A DNA stretch of 58,491 bases, the filler included, from Sphacelaria rigidula (lineage: Eukaryota), in assembly GCA_964200075.2 (NCBI GenBank). It is 5 parts of 5 records of this genome, joined end to end, with 100 filler letters (N's around TTAATTAATTAA, not from the genome) between each part and the next. Parts side by side here need not be neighbours in the genome. Positions count along the whole stretch, not along the records: positions 11,721 to 23,339 come from CAXNAA020004696.1; positions 23,440 to 35,058 come from CAXNAA020004697.1; 3 more parts are not named here. One strand, 5' to 3'. The notes beneath the pieces are model-generated. The model did no database searches. It was not told the origin of the DNA and worked only from the letters and a program-made list of their open reading frames with translations. Made by a program: the position numbers and the translations under genes. How positions within the stretch are numbered: position 1 is the stretch's first letter; every line of letters begins with the position of its first letter. Below, one piece after another: positions 12,050 to 24,865 of this stretch.

Positions 12050-12412
12050 CGTGTGTTTGTTGTGCTGTGCTGTGTCGTCATCCCCTCTTTTCTGGACGCC
12101 AGTCTATACGTTTCGGGGTATGTGGGCGGATCAGCCGAGGTATACGGGAGGAAGGCCAGCACTGGATTTTTTTTCATCAGTACCCCACCTTCCTTCTGTG
12201 GTGCTTGCCATATTTCTTCATCGCGAGAGGGGTTCAGTAGTCTCTTTCCCTCGTCGACCGTGAAGTCGAGTTACGTACACCCACGACATAGTCGCTCTCC
12301 ACTGTTAGGCATTGCGTGAGAAAAAAATCCAGATCGTGTGACTGCGCTGAGATTCGAACCCACGACCCAACCATCAGAGGGTTTTGAGGTTACCAACTGA
12401 GCCACGGGGGCG
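12050..12412 (-). mobile_element. tRNA-derived SINE, family 1 (full length)
   Basis: Minus-strand head CGCCCCCGTGGCTCAGTTGG (A box) ... GGTTCGAATC (B box, 12351-12360); the body is homologous to 26635-26875; CA-rich tail. Confidence 0.8.
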
Positions 12413-13194
12413 TTCTTGTTTCGGTAATGCAAATAAAAAATATTTCAGGTTGTTTATTTCATATGGCCATGTCCGTGAAAAAAAGGTCAGGAGGGTAGAG
12501 GGAGAAGCAAAAAAAAAAAAAAACGATAACAAGAAAAATAGTGTGCACAGATACATAACACAACTCATGAGTCCACATGTACCCATCAATGCCAGAAATT
12601 GTGGCCTGATCTGACTTCTGAATCCTAAATCCTGAATTTTGAAATCTAAAATCACCAACCAAAAACCAAAAACCAAAAGGAACATCAGAGGTCACGCCAT
12701 TTTTGACTGCTACAAACAAACATCTCGTATCGCCGCCATGTGTCGACAAGAAAAGCAAGAGAGATAACGTCCCGTTCTTTTTCCCCACCTACAACTCATG
12801 TTTTCAAAATATCCGATGTATACTCAGGCTTTTGTCACATCCGACTGTTTTTGAAACAGACTTATCAATGGCATGTATCATGGGCACTCCGCGTTCTCAG
12901 TGTGTCATGAATGTCTAGTTTTTAATGGGATATATGGGTATTATGGCTTCAAAATGTCATCATTTATTCTTGTACAATCTATGCTCATCGTGTGCGTTTC
13001 TTCGGTAATACGGTAATATCATAACATATGGATGATTTTAGACGTACACGGCGGGCAACCAACCGCACGATATTTGGCATTTGGTCTTACTTTTTTTTTC
13101 AATCATACACTATTTATACACATAACAATCCTGTGTGCTTCTGTCATGAATGGGAGGTCTACAAAAAATGAGTCAGCTACAAAGCACTTCGGAT

Positions 13195-13635
13195 TGCACT
13201 GTATTGTATTATTTTGTCTTGTCTTGCCTTGTGTGTATTACTGTATTGTATTGCTTTGTATTGTATTGTATTTATTACATTGTCTTTCCCTTGTCCAAAA
13301 AATAAAATCCAACCATCCATCCTCAAACAATAAATTAAGCTAGTCTTATATATATATATATATGTGTGTATTGTCTCCCCCTTTCCAAAAAATAAAATCC
13401 AACCAACGTCCACCCTTCAATCATTGTCTTTCCCTTGTCCAAAAAATGAAATCCAATCATCCATCCTCAGACCATCCATCCTCAAACGATCTTTAATTCA
13501 TCAATTGTTATTTTATTATATTATATCTTATTTATTGCACTGCATTGCACTGCATTGAACTTTAGTGCAGTGTACCGTAGTGTACCGTAGTGTACTGTAT
13601 TGCACGGTACTGTGTCGTATGGTATTGTACTGTTG
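13195..13635. repeat. Pentamer microsatellites (TGTAT/TGTAC/TGCAC) with three copies of a 40-bp repeat
   Basis: ATTGTCTTTCCCTTGTCCAAAAAATAAAATCCAA-like units near 13279, 13370 and 13423. Confidence 0.8.
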
Positions 13636-13690
13636 TACCGACACAACGAACGACGTTACCGTGTCCCACTTGACTATCATCGCAGCTGAC

Positions 13691-13746
13691 CTGATCATGA
13701 ACGACCCCGTGACCAGGTACTCCCCCGAGGGCGCCGTCTTGCTGAC
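13691..13746 (-). CDS. NEMF: NEMF/Rqc2 (NFACT family) exon: VSKTAPSGEYLVTGSFMIR
   Basis: Matches the NEMF motif [21 protein letters not shown]; acceptor ttcag| and donor AG|gtcagc (phase 2). Confidence 0.92.
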
Positions 13747-14996
13747 CTGAACAGCCACAACAGCGCAGTCGTGGAGTCAAAGTCAGATCGGACCATATAC
13801 TCGTATATATTAACGATCTCTTAAACATGAATACTTCATTCCCATTTTTTCTCATTTTCTTCACGCCGTGATTGCTAATATATTTATATTTTGGGAGCTT
13901 TGCGACGGAAGCACTTGTGGGTACCAGGATTTTAGTGGGGGTTGGTCATTTTCCATTCCGTCACCGGGGTAAAACTACGTCATACTCCAAGCGATGAAAA
14001 TGGCAGCGCACCAGAGCCGCATCCATCCCCGCTCTCATCTATACCCCGTTTTCCTCCTCTACTCGACACATCAACGAGAACGAACGCACTGCCCACGATC
14101 TTCCTACTGTAGTGGTTGATTTTTCCTGACCCACGAGGTTGCTTAGCTTCTCCGTTGGACTCGAGGGTCACCAACTTCGCATTTGCTCGTCGAAATCAAG
14201 TAAAGCACACTCGTCCGCTTGTTTGTTCATTGGTTTCACTCTTTCCTCTCGGGATATTTCGGTACAAAAACGGGAAATTTTCGTGATTTTTTTGTCTCTG
14301 GTCGCTACCCGCGCACCCTGGGAAAAAAATGTGTGTATATATACATTTATGCAAACACACACCTACGTACCTGTACATTCGCAAAGCGTGAAAAATGGAG
14401 AAGAAAAAAAAAAGAAAAAAATGACCGTCCGCCAGAGCAGAACACCATGTCGTGAATAATTTGGAAACGTGATTTTCAGGCAAGAGAAAAAGGCCGACCC
14501 AATCTGCTATGATTTAATGACTGATTGATTGTTGTGCATTACCTATACCTTTATATTTGACCTACAATACTTTTGTCTGTTCTACTTTTTTGTTTCCTTC
14601 ATTTTTTTCAGCGGGTGTTTCCATTTCGTTTCCATCTCATGTACGTCAAATACGTGACCACGGCTGGATCATGACTCCCAGGGGATCAGGGGTGCGAAAT
14701 TAAGTAAATAAATCAATCAAATCAAGTCATCTTCCAGGGACCCAGCTGTGGTCATTGTCCACAAGATGGTCGTACCCAGGGTGAGGCAAAACGGTATCAC
14801 TCGCCGAAAAAAAAAAACGAGCAAAAAAACAAGAATACAAAACAAGCAAACAACGAACGAAGTGAACCGAAAATAAAAAAAAACGCAGGTTATACATCTT
14901 ACACCATATTTTCATCTTTCAACCATAGTTTCATGTGCACGTTTCATAAACCCTAGTTTAGCTACAGTCAGCAGAGCCATCACACGCGTTCCTTGC

Positions 14997-15122
14997 CTGG
15001 TCAGCGTAGACCCACCAAGCCGAAGTGACCATCTTCGCTCCCCACGCTGAGCTCCGACAGACGGTCATGCATCCGGCCTCCTCGAGGGCCAGCGGGGACA
15101 CCGCCCGCTTACCCGACGGGTC
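14997..15122 (-). CDS. NEMF: NEMF/Rqc2 exon: DPSGKRAVSPLALEEAGCMTVCRSSAWGAKMVTSAWWVYADQ
   Basis: NFACT-R region (L.EAG...CxS.AW.AK..TSAWWV); acceptor gaag|, non-canonical donor CAG|GCAAGG; in frame with both neighbouring exons. Confidence 0.9.
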
Positions 15123-15555
15123 CTTCAATGGCAACAACAGAATAAGAAAAAAAACAGACACAAGGAACGTTCGTACATACATCCAGAGGGCAGAGAAGGG
15201 CACCCCATGATAGTAGTATACAAATGCGGGGCGATCAGGTATTGGTGTAGTACGATACGTTGTTGGCGATAATCAACCATTCGTGAAATCAGGCGTCACC
15301 AACAGTAGGACCGAGGATGGCGCCTTCTCAATAACGTTCTTCCTGTTCCGTGTGGTTTGGCGAAACAACATCTACATCTTCCCCAAGGGATCCAGAAATC
15401 GGCAGTATATCACAGAGATACAGACGTAACGGAACAAAATGCCGATAACAGTGGATAGAAGAAAACTCGAGGAATGGGAAAGACGAACACGAAGATACAG
15501 TAAGAATAGAGAACAAAGAAAACTGTGAAACAGGGAGGGGGGGGGGGGGGAAAGG

Positions 15556-15653
15556 GTACTCATTTGTTGCTTGCCTCAGTCTTTCACCATTGACTACGCG
15601 TGCCTTTCGACACGGAGCACCGTTTCCTACGCCTAATAGGGACACCTCCAACA
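15556..15653 (-). mobile_element. Poly(C)-abutting repeat, subfamily M1 (copy 3)
   Basis: GTACTCATTTGTTGCTTGCC... next to the G-run at about 15533-15556, inside a NEMF intron. Confidence 0.85.
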
Positions 15654-15830
15654 TGGGTTCGATTCCCAATGCATTGGATATTTTCTTCCCAAGTGTGTGA
15701 TCTCCACCGTCGAAAGCGTGAGTACGTGAGTTTACCAAAAAAAAGTAGTTGACTGAGTTTGTTTGACGATAGTCATGACCCAATCTGCGACGCCAAAACG
15801 CAAGGCATGTACCGGGGAGAGATGGGTTTA
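15654..15830 (+). mobile_element. tRNA-derived SINE, family 2 (starts at the B box)
   Basis: GGTTCGATTCC B box; body CACCGTCGAAAGCGTG...GACCCAATCTGCGACGCCAAAA is homologous to the reverse complement of 35285-35499. Confidence 0.65.
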
Positions 15831-16683
15831 TCCCTCGAGACCACGAACCCGTCCCGAGGAGGGAGGGGGGTTCAAAGTGCGACGAAACAAAAAACAATAG
15901 TACCGATGACCGAAAAATCCGCCCGCCTGGTCGACGTGTGGATACCACCAACAAGATGCTGCCATACTCGCGCACAATATATACCTTCTCTGTCCCGTAA
16001 GTCTGCATGGTTACGGATGTTTCGTCGTTCGGGTAAAACGGTTGAAGTTACGATGTTACAGTCGGATTTTTAAGAGAGGTGCAAAGCGGATGATCCTATT
16101 ATAGTGCGACAAAAAAGAGAATACATGTACATGTATCATTTCACTTTTTTCACCACTTTTGCCGAGTTTCCTCAGGCGGTAAGGAAGCCTATCACACGCT
16201 TTCTTTTGCAGTGCACGAAGAACGTGCAGCGGCACATTACCTTTCAGGTTTGGGTGTCATCTGATACCCGTGGCGCGTGTTCTGGCCATCGAGAGTCGCC
16301 CGCACCGGCTCTTTTTCGCGGGGTGTCGATCCCGAACCACAAAAGCCTCTTCAAGATGACGGAAAACTTCAAACAGGAACCTAAACAACAAAAGCCCGTT
16401 CATGGCGGGGTATTTCTTTGCGTTCTCCTCAACTCGGGAGCACGAAGACAGCGGTTACCCAGCGAATGTCACGAGGGCATGAAAGCAAAGCAGCTGAAAA
16501 CAATTGAACATTGCCTTCGCCTTACCTTAGTCGCCAGCAAAAACAAGATCGTGCAATGGGCCGTTGGCGAGTTGAACGAGGCACACACGTGGGCAAACGT
16601 CCTCAGTGTGGGTCAGCTGTGCTGGACAAGCGCAGGGGGGTGACGAAATCCCTGTGATCATGAAACCCGTAAGAGAGAGTTCT

Positions 16684-18052
16684 CTCAAAGGATGCACCTG
16701 TGAAGTACAGGCGCAGGAATGTCCTTGTGACAGGGATGACAGAGATGTCCTTGTGACAAGGATGCATCCCTGCACAAGTACTTCACAGAGGGGGCCTAAA
16801 AAAATGTACCGTAAACAATGGTTATTCCTATGGAGATGCCACCAACCCTAACGCTAACCCTAACCCTAACATCGACCAAGGCATACCGAGAACTCTGGGG
16901 GCAAGGGGGGTGCAGTTTCTTAGGAAAAGTGTGCGTTGCGAGAGCTCAAATCGACGCCTTTGAGGCGATTTTGGACCAAAACCTGGTCCTACTGCTCACC
17001 ACTGCTCACCGGCGCGACCTATTTGCAGGTGGGGTATGCAAAAAAAGAGCGTACAGGTCGTGGATGCCTCCGGAACCAACCCACCATGAACCCAATTTCA
17101 AATCAAAATGCTGGGCACACGAAACGACGGTCAGTCGCACTTCACAGCAGTCCACAGCAGGCTGGCAGGGCAGTTAAGAAAGCATCTTATCGTAGGGCAG
17201 GAGACCCACACGCCTACGGCGATGACCTCTCTGCTCGATATTGACGAGCAAACAGTCGTCTTGTGTTCTTGGCCAGCCAAGCACCGCGCATGCTCGTTTG
17301 TATGGATGCTCTGACGACACGGACTATATGCAGTACCATCAGCTGCTTGCCATCGAGGATACCGCCATATCATACTGTTGTTGCACTGCTGTTGTACAAG
17401 ACACACCACGCTGTCTAAAAAATTGTTTCTGTGTACCGTGCAGTTTATCCAAGTGGCAGCACGAGTAGTGGGAGTATTCCTGTATCGCACCACTTGTCAA
17501 CTGTTCAGAGCATTATACAGACAGTATATGCGCCGCGCAGTCAGGCCCAAGACTTTCCTAAAACATGGCCACAAGCGATTTCGGGGAATGCCGTCCATGC
17601 GCCCTCAAATCGGCTATACAGCAGCCCAGACTTTGCGCACCACAGGCGAATGCATATATGCACGCGCAGATGTATGAACTTAAACATGTTGAGCGGCTGG
17701 ACGGCCGATGCGGTAGCAAACTGTCACCGGTCTGTACTATGGCCCTTTCTGGATCATGACCATCTGTAGTGTACCGATCGGCAAACAGTCTGTAGAGCTG
17801 CGCAATTCATGGCGCACAGCCCCAAGTCCGCTGCAGCCGCTGCGAGGCGCTGAAACATCGCTCATAGGCTGTTCAAACCACAGTCAACAGTTCCAAGTCG
17901 CTATATCTGGTGCTGTGCGCTGCACCAGTGCGCACTAGAGGGCAAAACGGTCAGATTTTGTTCCGAAAATAATGTTTTTTTTTCCTTTTCTCGCAACATT
18001 GACTTCACAGGAACATCTCTGCGCCGGTACTTCACAGGTTCATACCCGTGAG
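16684..18052. mobile_element. Non-autonomous TIR DNA element (about 1.37 kb) in a NEMF intron
   Basis: Left ATGCACCTGTGAAGTACAGGCGCAGGAATGTCCTTGTGA versus right TCACAGGAACATCTCTGCGCCGGTACTTCACAGGTTCAT (about 40-bp inverted repeat); internal CCCTAA repeats; TSD not resolved. Confidence 0.7.
16846..16869 (+). repeat. Interstitial telomere-like (CCCTAA)4
   Basis: CCCTAA CGCTAA CCCTAA CCCTAA. Confidence 0.75.
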
Positions 18053-19765
18053 TTAGCCCGCTTCTTCGGTAAGCATATACACAGCAGTGCAACTGTAAAG
18101 TGTAACTGTGCAGGATGTTTCTGGGGGCACTCAACAAGCATAGTCGCACACATGAACAATACAGTAGCTGGGATCAATACATCTGTGCTGTCTAATCAGT
18201 ACACAATATAGGGTGTGGTCCTATATGTATACGCCATGCTGTATACTACAGACACTATATTGCGTTCCCATGCAGCGGGCTTATATTGAAGCCGTCTAGA
18301 TATTGAGTTCCCATTTCTCAAAAAATAATATTCCACCCCCAACGTCGTACCAACCATCCAACCAATTGACCAATTATTCAACCAATTGCTATATTTAGTC
18401 AAGCATTTCACGTTAATTTATTCAAATATTTATTTCAATATCCCTTGAATCAGTTATTGAAATACTTATTGAATTACTCATTTCATTAGTTTATTACAGT
18501 AAAAAATGCAGGTATGTGATATAATAATTGAATTGCGGCCAAATGCGTGCATTCGGAGTCGTGACCTGTAACAACGTGAGATTGAGAGTAGAGCGCTGAT
18601 TGAGAGTGGCTTTGATCATTCGATCTAATTTGCCCATTTTTGTATTCCGTGTGTGCTTTTCTTTGCCTCCATCACTGGCGTGTGCTTACAGTTACACATC
18701 GCTACTCGGGGATATCAAGGGTCTCAGTGGCATGCTACTACAGAAAGCATATCGGACCTCGAGCAGGGATATTTCGGAACTGAAACGATCAACTCACTTC
18801 TCGACCGCTTGTCCTTCTCAACCGTATCCTCTACTCTCAATCTCACGAAAACATCGTTCTATGTGATTGGAGGCTCCCTCATCAGTTGTGCTTGTTTGTC
18901 CACGTCTCTTTATTTTTCGCGGAGGGCAACATGTACTTGCTCGATCGAAGCGGACAAAGCGATGACTCGCGCGCTTCTTCTCCCTTCATTCAACCCATGT
19001 ATATTATGTACATGTATCATTTCACATTTTCACCACTTTTGCTGTGTTTTCTCTGCCAGCAAGGCATTTTTTCCCACGCTCTCTTTTACAGCGCACTGAG
19101 AAGGCATACGAAGTATGTTTGATATTATCGACTTGCGTCACCCCCGGGAGGCCTGTACTAACCTCCCGAAGGGGAACCTTGTATATATATATATATATAT
19201 TTCTTTTCTTCTTTTCTTCTTTATTATTTATTCCTGTTTTGCTTGTATCGCGTTTCGTGGGTTCTAATCTGGGTCTATTTTGTTTTTTTTTGGTTTTGTT
19301 TGATTTCCTCATACGGTATTATAGGTAGCTAGCCTGTGACCACGGGAGGTGTCCGCATCAGATGCCTAGTGTGAATGAACCGCGCAGATATCGGAACGGT
19401 TTTTAATGTGAAGACAACAACAACGACGACGACGACAAAAACATATCGCTTCATGAAAAATTGTGAGTCAACATATACCCAATTTTTGCCCTTTGTTTGA
19501 TAATACTTTTGGAAAACGGGTTTCGAGAATTTGTCTCACGACTTTCTAGCAACAATATGCAGTGACGGTGAGGGCGTTTACCATCATCGCATGTTTTCGA
19601 CTTGCTTTTGCCCCTGGAAAAGGGACAACATACAAAGTACGGCTATTTTCGGGCAGACTGATTCTTTCGCGGTCGTTCAGGCGCGTGGGGGCAAGCGACA
19701 ACTGTTGAAAAAAAAGGTCTTGACAAAAACATTCCTGTAGCGTGCGAGAGAAACCAAAAGTTGTC

Positions 19766-19767
<2 letters not shown>

Positions 19768-19804
<37 letters not shown>

Positions 19805-19910
19805 AGCGGTTGGTACTACAAGTCGTTGTACAAACACAAATGGTTGGTACCACAAGTCGTTGTACAAACACAAATAGTTGGTACCACAAGTTGTTTTATG
19901 TATACAAACG
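19768..19910. repeat. (TA)n followed by a 34-bp minisatellite x3
   Basis: GTTGGTACYACAAGTCGTTGTACAAACACAAAT repeated three times. Confidence 0.85.
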
Positions 19911-19986
19911 GTCTGGTCCACACCACAACGGTTGATTACCGCAAGTTGTTCTCCAGAAACGTAGCGTATTCACGCAGAAGACCTAA

Positions 19987-19993
19987 AAGAGAG

Positions 19994-20041
<48 letters not shown>
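19987..20041. repeat. (AG)n microsatellite
   Basis: Direct inspection; lies just inside the intron after the NEMF exon. Confidence 0.95.
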
Positions 20042-20043
<2 letters not shown>

Positions 20044-20077
20044 CGGGCATGACAGAAAACTGAAGCTTCTCACACAC

Positions 20078-20260
20078 CTTGTTTCTGACCACGCAGGACG
20101 ATGCTCCGTGCAGGTCGGCGTGTACATAGATATCCCCCGGCCTGAGGTATTTCTTGACCACTACCTCGTTCTGCTGCGCATCTCGACCGCTCAGCACCAA
20201 GTAATTTTCGGAGGTGATGAACCAGTGAAACTTCTCGAACCAGTACGTTTTCCGAGCCAC
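20078..20260 (-). CDS. NEMF: NEMF/Rqc2 exon: [61 protein letters not shown]
   Basis: Hallmark NFACT-R motif [26 protein letters not shown]...[13 protein letters not shown]; acceptor ctccag|, donor AAG|gtgtgt. Confidence 0.96.
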
Positions 20261-20614
20261 CTGGAGACTGCGTTTGTGTTGCTACAATTTTGTTGTTGTC
20301 GTTGTCGGGTTTTTTTTTTTGCATATCGCACAATTCATACGAAGAAGGAAGATGGGGTGGGACAGGGTGGGGGTCATTCTGTGTTGCTTGATTGACAGAG
20401 TACGTTATTGCTGTACTGTTATCATAATTATGAATACTACTGTTTTACTATCATTGTTGTCAAAACCATTTACTATCATCATTATTAGTAGTACTAGTAG
20501 TAATATTACCATTTTCATCATCATCATTATCACTATCATTAGTACTATTTGTTCTCACTTTCGAACTCCCTCCCTTTCTCAGTAAGAGTCCCTACTACTA
20601 CTACTTCTCAGGGA

Positions 20615-20830
20615 TCAATCAACCCATATCTCCCCCGGTACGGGCGGTCACACGCCTCACATATTGGTACTGTGTCGCCGATTGGATCATGACTATCGGC
20701 ACTCCTGCACCACGTCGACTGTATTGGATCATGACTATCAACCCAACCTTGCAGTAAATAAGCAAAGCGCTGGAACGCCCGGCACGGATGTTGGCAGCCA
20801 CAGCTATATCGGCGCCTGGAGGCGTGAGCA
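20615..20830 (-). repeat. Interspersed repeat sharing its 3' block with SINE family 2
   Basis: Reverse complement contains GTGCAGGAGTGCCGATAGTCATGATCCAATCGGCGAC (also at 45403-45450) and GTACCGGGGGAGATATGGGTT (compare 15809-15828). Confidence 0.5.
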
Positions 20831-21198
20831 ATATATCCTTGGAAATCCGAACGGGTAAATCTTCTGCCCCAGCCGTTGTTGGGTCCGGTCGCGAAGTCTT
20901 GTTAATGTTTTTGTTGTTGGTTCCCTACGGGCTCGGATAGCGTACCTCGACCTAAAAATAAGGTTAAATGTTAACGCGCCCCAGCCACAGCATGCTAACA
21001 ACTATTGATCTCCTGGAGGATCAAGGAATATACATTCAAGTCAACCTTAGCGAAATTTTACGAGTAATCAACATGCCTCCCCCCCTCTGGCCTCCCCACC
21101 CCCGCGCCCAGGATGTTGACGGGTACTGGCGTACCTGGCGTTGCAGTGTCTTCTGCGCCTGCACTTCAGCTACCTTCAGCACTCTCTCCGAAGCCTGG

Positions 21199-21500
21199 AG
21201 CATCAAGCATCAAACATCAAGCATCAAACATCAAGCATCGAGCATCATAGGGATCACGCACCAAGCATTAAGCATCGAGCATCAAGCATCAAGCATCAAC
21301 CGTCCAGCATTAAGCATCGACCGTCGAGCATCAATCAAGCAAGCATCGAGCATCAAGCGTCGAGCATCAAGCATCGACTGTCCGGCACCAACTGTCCAGC
21401 ATCAAGCATCGACCGTCAAACATCAAGCATTGAGCATTGGGCGACAATCAGCAAGCATCGAGCATCGAGCATCAAGCATCAAGCATCGCAAACATCGATC
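21199..21500 (+). repeat. Heptamer tandem repeat (AAGCATC/GAGCATC)n
   Basis: About 40 degenerate units; explains the HQASSIK-type spurious ORFs. Confidence 0.9.
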
Positions 21501-23339
21501 AAAACGCACAAAAAGGCACGCGAATCGCCCTACAAGAAACAAATAAAGCAGAAAACGAGACATACCTAGGATGCCACCTCCAAGGATTTTCCGAGCATGA
21601 CAATCACCGGGGAAATTCATGACCAAGGATATGTGCATATATGTACCGGTATATATATGTATCGGAGATCGGCAATATCGGCATATATCGCAAAAATTAT
21701 CGGCATATATCGTCAAAATATTGGCGATCACAGGAATATGGCCGCCAGAGGCAGGACAATTGGGGGTATTTTCGCCTCATTTCTCGTATAAATTGGCCCA
21801 TAATATTTGACACCCCGTCCACCAAAGTGTGGGTCCGACTTTTTCGATGTTCAGTACATTTGATTTTGATTTGATTGATTGTCGCACTTTAACTGACATT
21901 ACATACCGTATACAGATTGCGCGATAGTATCACTTGCACTGGTGCCTATCTACAATCCTGGTGAGTACGACTACGAAGTAGAACAATGCCAGCAAATTTG
22001 TGACTACGAAGAATAGTACTCAGGCAAGGCATTGACGACTGTGGAGTATGACACCCAGGGTTGCATATCGGACCGAGTATGAAGTTCGATAGATATTCTT
22101 GGAATATCGAACCGCAACCGCCGATACCGATATTTTTGTCGATATTCAATGCGTTTCTTTTTTCTTCGGTACGTCTATCATGAGACCACCGCTGGGCCCC
22201 TGGGGGGTCAGTTAAAGTACGACAATCAATCAATCAAAAAAATCAAATCAATCGTTCCGAGAATGACACGATACGTATCGAGTACCGATATTCGATACGA
22301 TACGGCTGTTTCGGTATAGCCGCAGTGTACAATACCGAGCAGTGCACTTGCACACTGACACTCTCCCTCACTATTGTAGGTCGCTCAAGATACCACATCC
22401 CCTACACGGATTTTCAAAGCTCACTTACTCCCCACCAGAAGCGACACCAGGGCTGAACTGGGTGGCGTTGCAACCATCTCGTCGAGGTAAGTAATCGAGC
22501 TTTGAAAATCGTTCCTGAGGGTGTGGTATCTCAAGCACATCACGGTAGTTTTCAGGAGACAGCACTGGACACATGATGTACAGCAGCGGGTCGTGTGCAA
22601 ATTGACATCAGAGCAGCGGCGGCAGGCGATGATACAGCTGTCTTGCGAATATCTTTCGTCGCCGTGCAAGAGATCGTTGATGACAGCGAGCCGGGTGTGG
22701 TACTGGGTATACTGTTTTCATTCCTACGGTCACCATTCTGTGTGTTTCGATCGAATGAGCGCATACCTCGACTCTGCACATTCATTAGAAAAGGAAAAGG
22801 TGTCAAACCTCGAACGTGCACAAACTCAAATGCGAGGTCGTTTTTTTCAACGTTCTCCACTACCAATAACAGGAAACGTCGGCAGCATGCGTCAAGTTTT
22901 TAATTTTTGGCTTCCAAAAAATATATATTTGTATGTCACCAACCAATAAAAAATCCCCACTAAGCTTGCAACAATTAGAATGTTCAGACTCATGGATGGA
23001 GGGGAAAATAAATCCAACACTCGTCAGACACGAAGGAAAGGCAAAGCGACAGTACCATCTCCTCATACTCCAAAGGACAGCTGTTTACTAGTGTTATCTG
23101 CAGCTTTGCATTGATCGTGACCTCATATCTACTCCGCCACGCCAACCGTATGTTGCCGTTGGTAAACACCCCCGCTGAGTCATATCACCAAACCCACGAA
23201 GCACCAGCGGTGTGTGGTGTGTGAAGGGGACCTTGTAAAGTGAGGGATGGGGGGGGGGGGGGGGTTGAACATCAACTGGGGGTCTGCCGTTGGGGAAATA
23301 CCACCCCCCTGCGTTTCCTTTGACGACGGTTTCGGGAAA

Positions 23340-23439
23340 NNNNNNNNNNNNNNNNNNNNNNNNNNNNNNNNNNNNNNNNNNNNTTAATTAATTAANNNNN
23401 NNNNNNNNNNNNNNNNNNNNNNNNNNNNNNNNNNNNNNN
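23340..23439. other. Artificial contig linker
   Basis: Same 100-nt N/TTAATTAATTAA pattern. Confidence 0.98.
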
Positions 23440-24699
23440 CCCTCCCCCCCCCCCCCTTTTTTTTTTTTCTTCGTGAATGATTGGCGATTTTTTTTTTCCG
23501 TAACACTGTTCTGAAATGTCCCGCCGCCAATAACTCACAAAGGAAAAAAAAACACGGGAGGAACGAAGGGGTCTTCGCACCTACGTCTTGTACATCGTGT
23601 CAAAAGTTTGCCGAAAGCGACTCGAAACCGAGCTCGGGAATCGCATCATTCTCTCGAAATGGATTTGTCTTTTTCTACTTTCGGCTCAGAGGTCTTCGCG
23701 AACAGCTCGTTAGTTCGCACACTACTACCAGACGCCTTGGCGCGCTGGGGGCCCTCGTCTGCGTGCCATCTCAGAGACTGCGAGGCTAGTGCGACGTGTG
23801 TCGTTGTACAATCGCAGCTTGTGCGGCACTACGCGGCACAACCGACTGTAACCGAGAATCCAATTTCAACCGTGTTTTTTGGCTCATTCCGCCGCACGTG
23901 GTACCCTCAACTTTCTACACTTCGGCACTTGACTGCAGTTTGATATTTCGTTCGATGAGACCTTGTCGGATCACAAAGCTACATAGATTTGAAGACGCGC
24001 GTTGATATGCCGATTACCACGATGTGCCGTAGTAGCCACAACTCGCGATACACCGTCAGTTAGAACGGGCTGAAGGAAAGTGAGCTTCTTAGGCGGCCCA
24101 GCTTGTAGAGATACAACTTTTTACGTGGAACACGGTAAAACCAGGAGTTGATGTTGTGCGAGTTACGTGTGAGTAGCCGGGGGGAGAAGCGAAGCACCCC
24201 CGGGTTGGTGGGGGTTCGTTGTCCTGGGCATCCCTCGTGGCTCAATCACCGGGGGAAAGAGGTGATCGTGAAGGTCTACACACGTTGGTAGAGGTGAAGA
24301 AAGCCAGCCCAACTCACGCTTACACGCTGGTCAAATACAGACGCTTCAGGGAGAGTTTGCAGCCATCAAAGAAAGGCTGGCGGCTCACTTCGCCCTCGAA
24401 AGGAAATATGATGTGAAGCTTTGTGATGAACCTCCTGCTGGAGCCACCGCTCTGTGGCAACATCGTTCTTGGAGAGGTGGGAGTCGGTGCGTAGGATAAA
24501 CAAGAGACGAAGGAGCGATAACGAGAAGGTCCGATTGCGTACTGCCGCGAGAGCAAATACTGGAGGAGGGCATGAGAGAGGATGTATCCTGTTTTCATAT
24601 ATCGTCGTAGTCGCGGCTGCCAGTGTGCACCAACTGCAAACCACGAATACCCCACGACCATTGAAGAACTGCTCAGCGAAGACATGTACGTGAATACAT

Positions 24700-24865
24700 A
24701 CTGACCCTGCATCCACACGTACTTGACTTGGGCTCAAAACCGGGCAGGGGTTCTCCGAGTCTATTTTCGTATTCATGCCCAACATCCACATGTTCATGAA
24801 CAAAGGCGTTTCGTCTTTTGAAGAAGCTGCTGTTCTGAACCCGACATGTGGCATAGTCCATCTGA
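24700..24865. repeat. Dispersed repeat, homologous to 27735-27880
   Basis: Shared CCCAACATCCAC..GTTCATGAA...GCTGTT.TGAACCC....GCATAGTCCATCT blocks. Confidence 0.65.

Noticed and set aside
12335-12412. tRNA gene
   Set aside because: A and B boxes are present, but there is no convincing acceptor stem or cloverleaf and the sequence continues into a dispersed repeat body; interpreted as a SINE head.
20968-21569. HQASSIK-repeat proteins
   Set aside because: Translation of a 7-bp tandem repeat that is open in several frames.
22421-22950. Further NEMF exon
   Set aside because: No frame shows recognisable NEMF similarity.
24100-24520. LINE endonuclease remnant upstream of the 25780 RT
   Set aside because: Only vague motif similarity, separated from the RT by unrelated repeats; not supportable by eye.
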